Below are positions 1 through 11,758 of a DNA stretch of 51,456 bases, piece after piece; positions within the stretch are counted from its first letter, which is position 1; each line of letters begins with the position of its first letter. Source of the stretch: Kondoa subrosea (Eukaryota). The translations under genes and the position numbers were made by a program. Under the pieces are notes generated by a model. That model saw only the letters and a list, made by a program, of their open reading frames with translations. It was not told the origin of the DNA and made no database searches. The stretch is taken from contig BCIN01000001.1 of NCBI GenBank assembly GCA_039545335.1, forward strand, positions 984,208 through 1,035,663. The letters run 5' to 3'.

Positions 1-965
1 GTCTCACGATGCTCCTACAAAGCGGAAGGTGTGCTTCTCTGGTTGGACACATGTATCGTCAAGCTGATTTTGAGGCATATGAAAGGTCACGAAGCTTGCT
101 ATTTCTCAGCCTAGGGACTTCAAACAGTGAGCATATCATCTCACTGGATCTTTTCCAGCTGCCGAGTAGCTTGAAATCCATCCACAGCCTCAATTCTGGC
201 GCTGGAACCGATATAGCAGTTTGTTTCCCTTCGCGTTACGTCAGCTTCCTCGCTAAACTTTCCGTGAGTAGAAAGTCAACTTGGACGAAATTATAGAAGC
301 TCTCTCTTCACCTCTCAACACTTCCGTCGCACCTTTAAGTACGACGCTTCGCATTCCAACAGCACCTCAACTTAATCCTATCCAACCTTCTTCTCCTCTT
401 TCCCTTTCTCGTACTCTATCACCTCCTGCTTCTTCTTCTTATCCACCTCCGCAACCTTCGCCCATTCCGTACAGTGAGAATATCACCGTAATTGAGAATT
501 CGGGTAGAGGAGCGAAATTAGAGAAGAGGCAATCAAGAAAACCTGCTCCAATGGTCACACCGAGTGCGTCGACTGTTAAATGAATATCCATACGAGTTAT
601 TCATTCTTCACTACTCAACGTACAGGCGTAATACGAAGCGTTCCGATCGGTTCACCGGATAGGCATCAACTTCCTACCCAACCTCTCAATCTTAATCATT
701 CTGTATCAGCTAGAGGAATACCTTCTACTTGGACTGCTTCTACACCCAGTACCACAACAGCTTTGGAACCGCCGAACAGTAATACTAGTCAAGAAACCAC
801 GAGTTCTGCGAATACGCTAAAATTCAACAAGGCAATGGACGAGGTCAGTTTCGGTTGTGATTTCGCCCTACAAAGCAATTGAGCATCTACTTCTGTTATA
901 TATAGGTACAAGAAGCTCTTCGATTAGACTTGGATGATCCGACTCTTTCCAAACCAACAGCATGA
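1..965 (+). CDS. 3' part of a spliced gene: CRIB/PBD-like motif followed by a Ser/Pro/Thr-rich region; function unknown
   Basis: Joining GT-AG exons gives ...SHDAPTKRK|VTKLAISQPRDFKH|LNSGAGTDIA|KVNLDEIIEALSSP... An intron at ~564-625 joins ORFs 281-583 and 580-882. The last exon VQEALRLDLDDPTLSKPTA ends at TGA 963-965. ISQPRDFKH resembles the CRIB core ISxPxxFxH. The start lies outside the window. Confidence 0.6.
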
Positions 966-1504
966 TTTCGTCGGCCTTTCTTCAATTCCTTTTCACGTAG
1001 CATCTTTATCATTCTTGTACAGTACTATTATGTTTGCATAATATGAACTTGGGTCATCAGCAATTTGGGGGATCGGGTGTCATTCTTCATAATGCATTGC
1101 CGATGAACAAGCCTTCCCGATATGAAAACTACAAGCATACGATTTGTTCTGTCCCGCCCGCAATTAAGAGTCCGTTTCCTGCGCAGGTGTGTCATTTGCT
1201 TGCCTCTTGCTTCGTATTATTTACAGGTCTAAGGATTTGAAAGATCGAAGTGGTTTGCTGAGCGAGAGAGAGAAATTCATGTTGAGTTCGGCAAAGAAAG
1301 CATGTTGTAGAGCGGTGTACTGCTAATTAAGGTGTAGGAGTTAATAAAATTGAGTCGTCTATGGAATTGAAAATGCCGGGTACTTGAATTGTTGCGAAAA
1401 CGAAGTGAAAAAGGTGTGCATAGAATAGATAGACAGCGTCCTAAAAGAACGACAGATCAACTCCACGACCTGAAATTAGTTATGCAGCCCAACACACATT
1501 GCAA

Positions 1505-3779
1505 TCAATTCGAGTCCATCGGTGTCATCGAGAAACCTTTCGATGCCCATCCACTGCCATTACTTCCTGATCTTCTACTCGGATTTGAGGTAGGTGGACC
1601 CCATACTGAACTTGATCCCGTTCCAGCACCACCCAAAAGAGAAGGCAAATGAGTCTCACTCTTTCCAGAGGCATTGCCCAACAAACTTTCACCTCCGTCT
1701 TCACCATCAGCTTCTGGAGAACCGGCTCTTGAAGCAGGTGCTGATCGGGTATGAGAAACTCTGGAATAATTGGCTAGACTGGTACTTGTTGGAGAACCTT
1801 CAAGGGAAGAAACAGGCGGTAAAGAACTTGGTTGTTGAGCTGAAGGTTGCAGAATATCATTCAAATGTCCATGTAAGCCTCGAGAAAGAAGTTTGTCGTC
1901 CCCTTCCGTGATGTACGAGACTGTGCCATGGATATCGGAGGGCGTGCTGAAAGGCGTGCTGTTCTCACTTGAACCGTTTGATCCTTGATTGGAAGAAGTT
2001 AAGTGGTATTGAGCAATCAAACTCCCGCTTCCATCTAAAGTCGGACTTCCAGGCCGACTCTTTGAAATGTGACCCGAATAAGGACCAATAGTCTTGTGAG
2101 GTCGGACAGCATGGTGATGATGCGAAGCCATGTCATGTTGCAAAAGATCGCCATCCAAAGATCCTTCTGCGTTAAACTTGAGTGTTGGAAGATGATGCGT
2201 CGGCGAAGAGGGTCGGGAAAGGCTGTAAGGAGTGATTGGTGTATCGGCGCCATTTCGGGCAGCACCGAACGAAGCTTGTTGCTGCTGGAGAAGAGAGAGA
2301 CCACGGAGAGGAGCGAGCATAGGAGATCCAGAAGGAGTGAAAGCAGTCATATCTGCTCTAAAAGGTAAAGTTGGCATCAAGTTTGGAGGTGGTGGAGATC
2401 CGTTGTCTGAACTATCATGGCGAGGCTCAGGGCTAGGTTGACGAGAGGTGTCTGTAGAGGGTGCTACCCCAGCAAACTGGGGTCTATGACGAAAAAAACT
2501 CGAAGTGTCGGCTTGAACACCTGGAGGCCAGCTACTTGGCGGAGGTGATTGATTGAAGCCCGGCATTGTCCCTTCCTGGGTGTTTGTAGTGCGTTCAGCT
2601 TGATGAGGTGACTGTGCTTCCATACCGAAAGGCGTGTTTTCCCCTGATAGACGACCGCTCGAAGGTGTACCGCTGCCAGACTGGATGGGCGGCGGCAATC
2701 CGTATTGCGGCATCATGTAAGGAGGATAAGGAAATCCAGCAGGCCATCCTCCTGGGTAGCCATACGGGTTTGCCTGAGAGTTGTCAAATGAAGGGGTTTG
2801 TCCATTTGGAGGGGTATCTCCACTTCTTCTGTCCAAATCTGCTTGACGTTCGATCTCATAGGTCGCAGCATTTGCGAGAGCAGCCATAGGCATCATAGGC
2901 ATCTGCCCAGGTACATTTGGCTGACCATTTTGCTGTTGTTGTGGCATTCCAACTCCTTGAGGCCAATTCGGCGGCATACCAGGCCTTCCTGGGTACTGAT
3001 AGCCATAAGCAGGCATAGGAACACCATAAGGATATCCAGGCATTGGTGGACCATAGGCGTAGGGCGAATAAGGGTAGTAACCCTGCATGGGATGATTTGG
3101 CTGCTGTTGATGCTGAAAGCTGTTGGCAGAAGCTGGGGACTCTTCATCGGTAGTCTATGCATCTCATATCAGTGGTGCAGAACGACCCATTAGCTGGGAG
3201 ACCTACGCGATTGGGAGTTTGAGCTTGTTGTTCCTGCTGCTGTTGCTGTTGTTCCTGCTTTTTCGCTCCAGCTTTCGCACCACCTCCAGCTGTTTGCGAA
3301 GCTTTCTTTCCTCTCTTGCTTCCGCCTGGATTGTTATGTATCCTAGCGTGACGAGTCAATTCATCCGAACGGCTGAACTTCTTGATGCAACCGGGAAAGG
3401 TGCAGGCATGAGGTTTTTCGCCAGTATGAGTGCGGATGTGACGACTCTGATGCTCTAGACGATAGAAAGCGCGATCGCATAGAGGACATTTGTACGGTCT
3501 GCATAATGAAGACAGAATCAGCTAAGCGGACTTTAGACGGTAATATTACAAACGAACCTTGATAAGAGTGAAAAGTCAAGCAAGGGAAGAGAAGTGAAAA
3601 GGAAGTACAGCATATCAGTCCACGAGCTTACAGCGGGCAATAATGATAAAAGCTTACCTAGGGATTTGCGATTTGTCGATGGCATAATCTGCTGCAACTT
3701 TAGGTTTGGATGGTGCAGCTACTGCAGGCAGCGCGGAGGGACCAGCTGTTGGTGTTTGACCAGGATCTGCACCGGACAT
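1505..3779 (-). CDS. creA: Carbon catabolite repressor CreA/Cre1/Mig1-type C2H2 zinc-finger transcription factor
   Basis: ATG at 3779 (MSGADPGQ...DKSQIPR), intron 3499-3657, then [55 protein letters not shown], the CreA/Mig1 double finger. A second intron at ~3156-3206 joins the 527-aa Pro/Ser-rich ORF, which carries the CreA-like segment [15 protein letters not shown]. Stop at 1505. Confidence 0.93.
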
Positions 3780-4591
3780 AGCCAAGTTTGAGTTATATGG
3801 CTTTTTACTCCGTTCGGGGACTCCAGACTAGACACCAAAGGTAAAATGGAATTTCTTCTGTAGTCCAGGTCTTGCAGACACAGGTCTTGTTGAAAGACTG
3901 TAGGTGGCAGTCGCCTGAGTGTGGTGATAAGGATTACTTCGCGGTTTACAAAAGAGGAGCGGAAGCGAAGGATCGAGCAATCTTAGTGGTTCCCGGTGAC
4001 GAGCTGGAAAATTAAGTGGACGTAAGTCTGCTACTTATGTGCATTGATCTGCTTCATTTCTGCTATCATTCTTTTCCAATCTTTTGCACACGTTCGGTTT
4101 CCGCATTTCTTCCCTTTTTTTCTTGCTGTCCCGATCATGTCGTGAACCTGAGCCTATCATATATCTATCAGTCCTCTCTGATATGCTGCTCTGCTCTTTT
4201 CCCAACTACAATTTCGTTGACAGTGCTTTTCTCACCTAAAATAAGCAGGAGATGCATATGGATGATCTGATAACTCTCCGCTGCAGGAGAACCTTATTGT
4301 GTCATATGGTTCTTCTGCTATACTTTATCTCTGGCAAATATAGCATCGATGTAGCACGTCACACTGCGTATTTGGTGTCCGTCTTAGCGAGCAGCGAAGC
4401 TAATCGAAAATCTTGTAATCTTGTAATTTTGTCGGTATCGTCTTCTTGCTTTGCTCACTTCTTTTACCTTTCCGATCTGGTCTCATTATCTCATTCTATC
4501 CGATATATCAAAGAACAGCAGTCAATTCTCTGTAAAGGAGTCTAGATTCGAGATTAAGAGATTGAGCCCACCTTGACGGTCGAAGATCCTC

Positions 4592-5558
4592 TCAGGTCAC
4601 GAAATTTAGCTCAGTCTCTGCATCTTTAGTGCGGTTTTCCTTAGCCATCGTCTCGATGCAATCGCAACCTAGCGGACCAAATTGCCTCTTATAGCTCAGC
4701 TTGCAGTTGGTGCCCATGCTGTTTGGGAAGAACGTTGTCTCTTCGACTTGTTGTGCTTTGGAACTCATCCTGTGCTTTGATGATGCCGGCATGGGACCAT
4801 AATTAATGTGTCGTCTCCCTGGTTGATACATTGGTTGACAAGCGCTCAGGGTCTGACGTAAGAAGAGACTAGGGCTGTTTCTTTTCTGACCTCGACTGAA
4901 AAGAGTTGCAGCTTATAGCTTAAGGATGTCAATGTACTAGATGACGCGTGAGTTGGGTCAAGATGTCTGAGCATAAGGTATGTATTATTCATAATATGTG
5001 CCAGATACCGCTGACTATTTCCCTTCAAACCCACTAATACCAGTCGTAACACTTGGTTTAGCGCCGCAAAGTAGGAATCCTGATCAGTATACTTCAGCGA
5101 AAGAGATGTAGCAGCAAGTGCGGAGAGGCTTACGAGATCATTTGTGAATACCGTTGATTAACCAATCCCCAAAAGCAGGCAAACACTCGATGAATAAGCC
5201 ACAACCTGCGAGATTCTTGGCCGTAACGGTCTTGGTGTCAGGATCGGAGCCACCTTGGATTTCGATAGTTGCAGTATTGGCAGGTTCGATGATCTGATTC
5301 CAGAATTTGAGTGCAGTCTCATCGTCTGCTACATGTTTGATGCAGCGATCGCCTACAACCCAAACATTAGCTGCTGCTACCATCGAGAGTAGCGAAGAGT
5401 CTGTGCTTACCGGGCAGCCATTTCAAGAAAGCATCCTTTCCCTCCTTCAAATGAACAGCAAATTCGACCACAGAAGAATAAGCAACGAAGACGTATTCGA
5501 TCTTGTCTACTTTGATGACCCAATCTTTCTTGTCTGCTTTGAGAATAGTAAAAGACAT
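4592..5558 (-). CDS. Orphan multi-exon gene, possibly frameshifted or a pseudogene
   Basis: MSFTILKADKKDW...LKWLPG joins GDRCIKHVADDETALKFWNQ... through a GTAAGC..TAG intron. An in-frame TGA at ~5138 sits just before a GTAAGC donor. Protein-like frames continue downstream (DSYFAALNQVLRLVLVGLK...; ORF 4592-4831). No family recognised. Confidence 0.45.
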
Positions 5559-5934
5559 GCTGAGCTGATTGTGAGGAGTGTGGAGAATGAACAGGTCGGT
5601 GGAAAGTGTGGTTCAACGCAAGGAGAAGGACAGTGAGCAGTTTTTGTACCCTTTAACATAGATTGGATTGATCGCAATGAAGACCCGCATGAATCAAATG
5701 AGGTGTAAAGACAGCTCAGGAGACCCAAATTAATTGCAGTCCTTTGTGAAAAGCGCAGGAATTTGAACCAAGATCAGGCCATGAAGATACTTGAATGTCT
5801 GACTTCGATCATCAGATGAATGACAGAAGCCAAATTGCAAGCCCTGCGGGAAAGACCTTAATGCAATGTAATTCGCGAACGCCTCGAAGCGGCCTTGAAG
5901 AGAGGCAGATGACCATCAGCACGGACTTAAACCA

Positions 5935-5940
5935 TATAAA
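5935..5940 (+). promoter_or_regulatory. Candidate TATA box of the 6021 gene
   Basis: TATAAA about 80 nt upstream of the ATG at 6021. Confidence 0.35.
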
Positions 5941-6020
5941 TTGAATTGCGGCACTTCAAAAAGCGGACAGAGAAATTTCGCATTTTGCTCCCACTTGTAA
6001 CGCAGCAGCAACACAACAGT

Positions 6021-8301
6021 ATGGGATTATCTATCAAATTCAATGTCAGTAGCACTAAAAGATGCAACCTAGTACCTTATAACCTTGTGTTCTAGGGAAT
6101 CAAACCACCAGCATGGTGGATCGTCAATTCCGAGGCTCCGCCAGCTCTCGATTTCTCAAATCAAGCAGCCGTTCATGCTCTCGGTGTCGCATTTCAGACC
6201 GGCGTGCAAGCTACCATCGTTGCCGCAATGCAAGCCTGTTTCAACCCGGCCCTCAACTCTGCGCAAGCTCAAGAAGCATACGACCGCTTCTTTGTTGGTC
6301 CTAATCGCGCATTCTTCATGACGGACAAGGGTGCAGTGGAAGCCCCAGATGGTCAGACTTTGGTGAACATCCTGCCACAAATCGGTAACTTGATCGTGAA
6401 ATATTCCAAGTAAGTCTTTCCTCTGCTATAGCCACGGAGATCTTTCTGAATCGGTGCGAAAGGTGATCCGTATTATAGCTTGGACCCGATGGGTAAGTCA
6501 TTACAACCCGGTGAATACAGCTGATCGCGACAACTGATTGACTATCCAGGTTAATTTGGGCAGAGATTCAAGAGGGACAGAGAACAGGATCTCGTAGAAG
6601 TTTTAACGTAGTACTCCATCACATATGCAAGATCAGGCTTGACAAGCGATATTATTCAGATTCAGTTGTGTTTTCGTGCTCGTGTCCATTGTCCATGCAA
6701 CTCGAGGTGATTCAGAGGATTGCGACAGTCACAGCTACTGCTTGAGCATTGCATGCGAAGATGAATCCAATGACAGAGCGCAGAGGTGTTCGCAGACTGG
6801 TTCAAAACTTCAAATGACAATTGGTTTCTGCAGACGGCCATGGCTGAAGAGGAGCTCTACTTCAACATCATATACGAAGGGAATGAATATGAGATAGGCT
6901 CAGGTCTACCGTTGACGCCAGAAAGCTTGATGGCCTGCTGCTATCCAAGGTGTGTGGAAACTCGAAGATTCTGAGAAGCCTGCAAACAGCTCTGATGGGC
7001 AGCGGTATAGATCTGAACCTCAAAGACGTCTCAACTGCTGATTTCAAGCTGGTCTCCCTGCCGAAAGGAGCACAGGTTTTGTCAAGTGCTTTGAGGCGTT
7101 ACGTAATCGGTCAAGGGCAAACTCAAGCAGGCAGCCTGTCGCTTGTTCGCGTGCAGCAGACGCAAGCGAAAGCTTCTACTTCTTCTTCTTCTGCTCCTGC
7201 TGTGCTTCCACCGGTTCCTTCTCCTCACTTGAGTGCGAAGTCAAAACAAGTGAAAGACACTGCTTTACCTGGAGATCCTCCTTCTTCTGAATCTTCTGCC
7301 CCATTCCCTCCTCCTGTAGTAGCTATTCCACCTTCTCCAGATATTCCAAGTCGATCAATTACGCCTGCAGCAGTACAAGCGGAAGTCAAGCGCGAATCGC
7401 AAGAACCCAAAAGCAAGAAACGGACAGTAGAACAAGGTTCACAGTCGAAAGAAGAGCAAGCTGGAACTCTGCACGTTCAGAAAAGACAGAAAGTTGAAAC
7501 CCCTTCAACTTCATCAGCTACAATTCCTCAAGTATCGAGTCGACCTGTTCCTGCAGCTCAACAACCTGTAGCATCTACTAGTAAACTACCTCCTGCTCTT
7601 CATGGTCGACCTACAGTCGTAACCAACGCTTTCGCGCCATTCCGAAGCGCTTCAACCAATAGTTCGACCAGCGTATCAACAGACAAGAAACCCGCTACAA
7701 ATTCCCGATCAGGGAGCAAATCGGCTTCTCCTGTTGTGCCTAACAATACCAAGAAAGCAATACATGAGGAGACGAGAAAGCGACCACCTCGCTTGCATTC
7801 AAAGGAGAATGAGGACCTAGTAAATCAATATCGATTCGATACAAAGACTGATGCCTGGCCGGAAAGGAAATGTTGGGTTCATATTGAAACTACTTGGTAC
7901 CCTGCTATTGGTCCGTGTCTTACCTTTTGTTTTTAGCCCGACAACGAGCTCATTCATGAGAGGGATCTTTAGTACATAGAGCTGCACCGAGTGATGTAGT
8001 GAATGAAGAACCTGAATTGGCCAGGAAACCTGTCCACATGAATATGGTCATGCTTCAATTCCCGGGTGAAGAAAGCTGGTCAGTCTACATGCAACTCATA
8101 GTGCATCCACTTGAAAGTATTGATCATTTACTGTTCAGGTCTTGGTTTGGGAAGTACAAAGATATGCTTCCATTAGGCGACCATGAAGATCTGGACATGC
8201 TTTTAATCAATCGAGCGAGAGTCAAGTGTCGTATGCAGGAACGCCACAATGCTACAACAGGAAAAGGTCACGTCGATTCCACCAATCCTGATTGGGAATA
8301 G
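6021..8301 (+). CDS. Multi-exon protein with an unknown N-terminal domain, a Ser/Pro-rich linker and a C-terminal PWWP-like domain
   Basis: MGLSIKFN|GIKPPAWWIVNSE...LPQIGNLIVKYS; splicing at 6410-6790 is unresolved. ...ACCYP|SGIDLNLK joins the 328-aa ORF. The C-terminus KCWVHIETTWYPAI|VHRAAPSDVV...VMLQFPGEESW|SWFGKYKDMLPLGDHEDLDMLLI resembles BRPF/Nto1-type PWWP ([27 protein letters not shown], recalled from memory). It may be two genes. Confidence 0.55.
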
Positions 8302-8529
8302 AAGCGGACTGTGATGGTCTACTTGCTGTGTGTGTATTCTTTGTCCCAAGCATTATTGGTTATGTAATTTCCCCCCAATGTATGAAACATGTTAGTGAGT
8401 CAAAAGTGTGCACCATCGAGGCGGTAAGATGACACAGACTGTGATGAATATTGACATAAAATGCTAAAGTAAGTGCTTTCTATCTATAACATACAATGAA
8501 TGCTAGTGCTATACCTCTTTCTTGTGCAG

Positions 8530-8914
8530 TCAAACCAGAGCAATCAACCCTTCCTCAGTTTCCTCCCTCCCAGCGTCCATCACCATCTTTACTGCCCAAC
8601 ATCCGCTTGCTAAACCTGCTGTTCCGTATGCCCATTGCAGAACGCAGGTATTAAAGCTATACTCCATTATCGGCCAAACGATGATCCAATACTAATAAGC
8701 AAACCTGAGTCCTCAATAACAAAGGGACAGATTAAGAGAGAAGGCTTACAGCTATTCCAGCATGAACCATGATTGACATACATAGATAAGTGAGACAGCC
8801 GCATCCACTATATTTGATCAGAAGAACAGCTAGAAGAGCTTTGACCAAGACGCCAACATCTTCAAAAAGCCACCGACTAGAGGAATTGTCATTCAAGATG
8901 TTCTGTTCCACCAT
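8530..8914 (-). CDS. Small (~108 aa) hydrophobic, probably multi-pass membrane protein of unknown function
   Basis: Exon 1 8750-8914 (MVEQN...VLVKALLAVLLIKYSGCGCLTYLCMSIMVHAGIA). Intron 8692-8749 (GTAAGC..TAG). Exon 2 YWIIVWPIMEYSFNTCVLQWAYGTAGLASGCWAVKMVMDAGREETEEGLIALV ends at TGA 8530. Confidence 0.55.
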
Positions 8915-9099
8915 ATCATCTTTGAGTCATTTCGTAATGTATTAAGTGAATAGGAAGACGAACATATGTTTCTATTGCTGCTAAAGATAGGACAGCATCG
9001 CTTAAGAGTACGAGGGACAGGTCTTCTAATTTGCAATCAGAGTGATCTGACGTTGTCTCGAGATGCTTTTCTGACATTGCGTGAAGTTAACGTGATAGT

Positions 9100-9152
9100 A
9101 GAGAAAGAGAGATAGAGAAGAGGAGAGGAAAGGAAAGGAAAGGAAGAAGAGA
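9100..9152. repeat. Polypurine/polypyrimidine tract with short (GGAAA)n run
   Basis: agagaaagagagatagagaagaggagaggaaaggaaaggaaaggaagaagaga. It is CT-rich on the minus strand upstream of the 8914 gene, as is common in fungal core promoters. Confidence 0.6.
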
Positions 9153-9373
9153 ACGCGATATAAAGGGAGTTCCATTGGCTTCGAGGTGAATGCTTCTTCC
9201 AGAAGATGGACACTTCATCAAAGGCAAGCTATTAGCTTCCACTGACTTGTAGATTCCATTGCAGCATTCCATAGCTTGTATGTACAACAAACATAGCAAG
9301 TACAGAGGTCTCTTCCGCCACGACCCATCATTTGTCAAAAAAAAAATGTTCATTGCTTGTCCGCACTCGCAAA

Positions 9374-11695
9374 ATGGCCAAGAGCAAGAAATCCTTCAGA
9401 AGCAGCAAGTCTGCGGCTAACAGCAAGGGACTGGATCACAAGGCAGGTCGAATTAAATCTATTCAGTCGTGGGAAGAAACAGCAGATGATTTAGGTGAAG
9501 ATGCTTGTACGCCCCCGTCTTCTCTTTTTGCCTTGTGCCACGCACGTTGCTGATTTACATCCTAGTCGACGCTAATTCTGATAAAGTCTTGCTCGAGAAC
9601 ACTAGATATGGTACTGCTTTCCCTTTGTGCATGCGAGACTACTCAGATGAGCTTATACGATGAATGACTTACAGACAACGATGATGCATTCGATCAAGAA
9701 GATGAAGCGGTCCTTTCTCTCAATCTACCATCTCGTAATGATTCACCTTCTGAAAGTGAATCCAACGATGAAGATGAAAGCAACGTTCCATTGACTATTC
9801 CTAAACGAAAGAAAACCTCAAACGATCATTTACCTCGACCAGTAGCTGAATCTGAACTTTCTCGCTACAAACGACCTGATCCCGTTTCGGACGAAGAAGA
9901 AGGTTCAGAGGAAAGTCGGAGTGAAGATGAATCTGAACCTGAACAAGGTTGGGGTGCAGCGTATCATGTTTCGAAGAAAGAAAGGGAAAGAGGTAGCCCT
10001 GTTGCGGATACGAAAGCGGAACAATTGGAATTGGAGCAAGAAGAATTGTATGAAGCGAGAAGAATTCAACGATTAGCCAAAGAGAAGTTGTCGAAATCTG
10101 ATTTTGGTGATTTCGATGCTGTTGCTAGAGAGCAAAGGGAATTGCTTGAAAATGAACAGCAAGATCAAGCAAAGAACAATAAAGTGGTTGAAATTCATTT
10201 CGATCAACCTTCTGCACCTCCCTCTGCCTCTACTGGTACTTCCTATACTACTGTTCAAATGTCAAGAGATCAAGCTATAGCTCATTTGGTATCAACTCAA
10301 CCTCACTTACTTTCCCTCTTGCACGATTTCTCAGATTTAGCCAATACTTTACCAGAAGCAGAACAAAGGCATAAAACTTTATTAGCAGTTCACTCTAAAG
10401 CCAACGAAACTTTACATCCTGCTATTGGTCTTTCTAAACTTCATCTAGATTTATTGAAAGGTTATTTGGCCGTTTCTGCTTTTTGGTTGAAATTGGTTGT
10501 TGAAGGCAAAGGCAATACTGAGTTGGCTGAAACGGTCTTGGTTCGTTTGGTTGGATTGAGAGAAGGTCTTCAGAAATTGGAAGAACAAGGTATTGGCATG
10601 GAAGAGGAAAGTGAAGATGAGGAAGAGGGTGAAGGGGAAGAAGATGTTGGTGGAAGAATCAGTATGCTTGAACTACTCTCTGGAAGAGGAATGCAAGAAA
10701 GGGAAGAATTGTTGGACTTCTTGAGATCTCAAGAAGAAGAAGGTGGTACGGAAGCAGAGGAGGAAGAAGATGCAATGACTGAAGAACTATCAGAGTCAGA
10801 AAGTGAAGAAGCAGAAGAACAAGTCCCAGAACCTGTTGTTGTATCAAAGAAGAGGAAATCGGACTCTTCCGCGCCGAAAGAAAAGAAGAAACGCAAAACT
10901 ACCAAGACGAAAGATCCAAATCGACCATCTTTCCTCCAACCAGATTACGACGATGCCCTACTTAAATTCAACAAACCTTCAACACCTTCTCTAGTCACTG
11001 ACGATTTCATCGAAGCTCCGACTCTCACTTCTGCCGATGCCAGTGATCGAGCAGCCAAGAAACATACCTTACGATTCCATACTTCTCAAATCAACCAAAA
11101 GGCAAACAGAAGATCAGCTGCTCGTGGTGCTCTGAACGGCGGTGATGAAGATGTGCCTCATCGATCGAAAGAAGCTATGAGACGAGAAGCGCAAAGGAGG
11201 GAAAGCGCTAAGAGAGCTAAAGAATTGGAAGCTGACGCTGCTAGTGCTAAAAAGGTAGCAGAATCTCAGCCGGAAGAGGAGGAGGATGGATACTATGATT
11301 TGATCAAGAAGGGCAAGAAGGCCAAACAGGATCAGCAGAAAGAAGAGTACGACCAAGCCAAACTAGAGGACCGGTAAGTTGCAAGCTGTATAATGGGGAA
11401 TTGCGCTGATACTTTTCAACACAGCGCGACTCTTCAAACATTGCAAACCACTGATGGACCACGGTCTATTTCTCGAGCAATTTTGGCCAACAAATGTCTT
11501 ACGCCCAAGAGAGCCAAAGCAAATCGCAACCCTCGTGTCAAGAAACGCCTGAGCTACGAGAAGGCGAAGAAGAAGGTCAGCTCTATGAAGAGCATCTACA
11601 AAGCGGATGCAGCGTCAGCCGGCAAGACTGGTTATTCAGGCGAGAAGAGCGGTATCGGAAGCAAAGTGGTCAAGTCTCGCAAACTCAGTTCTTAG
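9374..11695 (+). CDS. SAS10: U3 snoRNP/SSU processome protein Sas10/Utp3
   Basis: ATG at 9374 (MAKSKKSFR). Long acidic ORF 9791-11377 with LRFHTSQINQK..GGDEDVP. The last exon has the Sas10 C-terminal domain RSISRAILANKCLTPKRAKANRNPRVKKRLSYEKAKKK...YSGEKSGI...VKSRKLSS. Confidence 0.9.
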
Positions 11696-11758
11696 CTTCA
11701 TGTATGCTCGCTATTGTTGCATGAGTGGAATGGCGTTCTTACAGATAGTACAATCCAT

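Noticed and set aside
560..630. Apparent frameshift or overlap of ORFs 281-583 and 580-882
   Set aside because: Explained by a normal GTGCGT...TACAG intron.
3821..3826. SYGGRG CreA site upstream of creA (autoregulation)
   Set aside because: A single degenerate hexamer is expected by chance.
4592..8301. Divergent orphan pair as a mating-type HD1/HD2 locus
   Set aside because: No homeodomain signature (WFxNxR-like) was seen in either gene.
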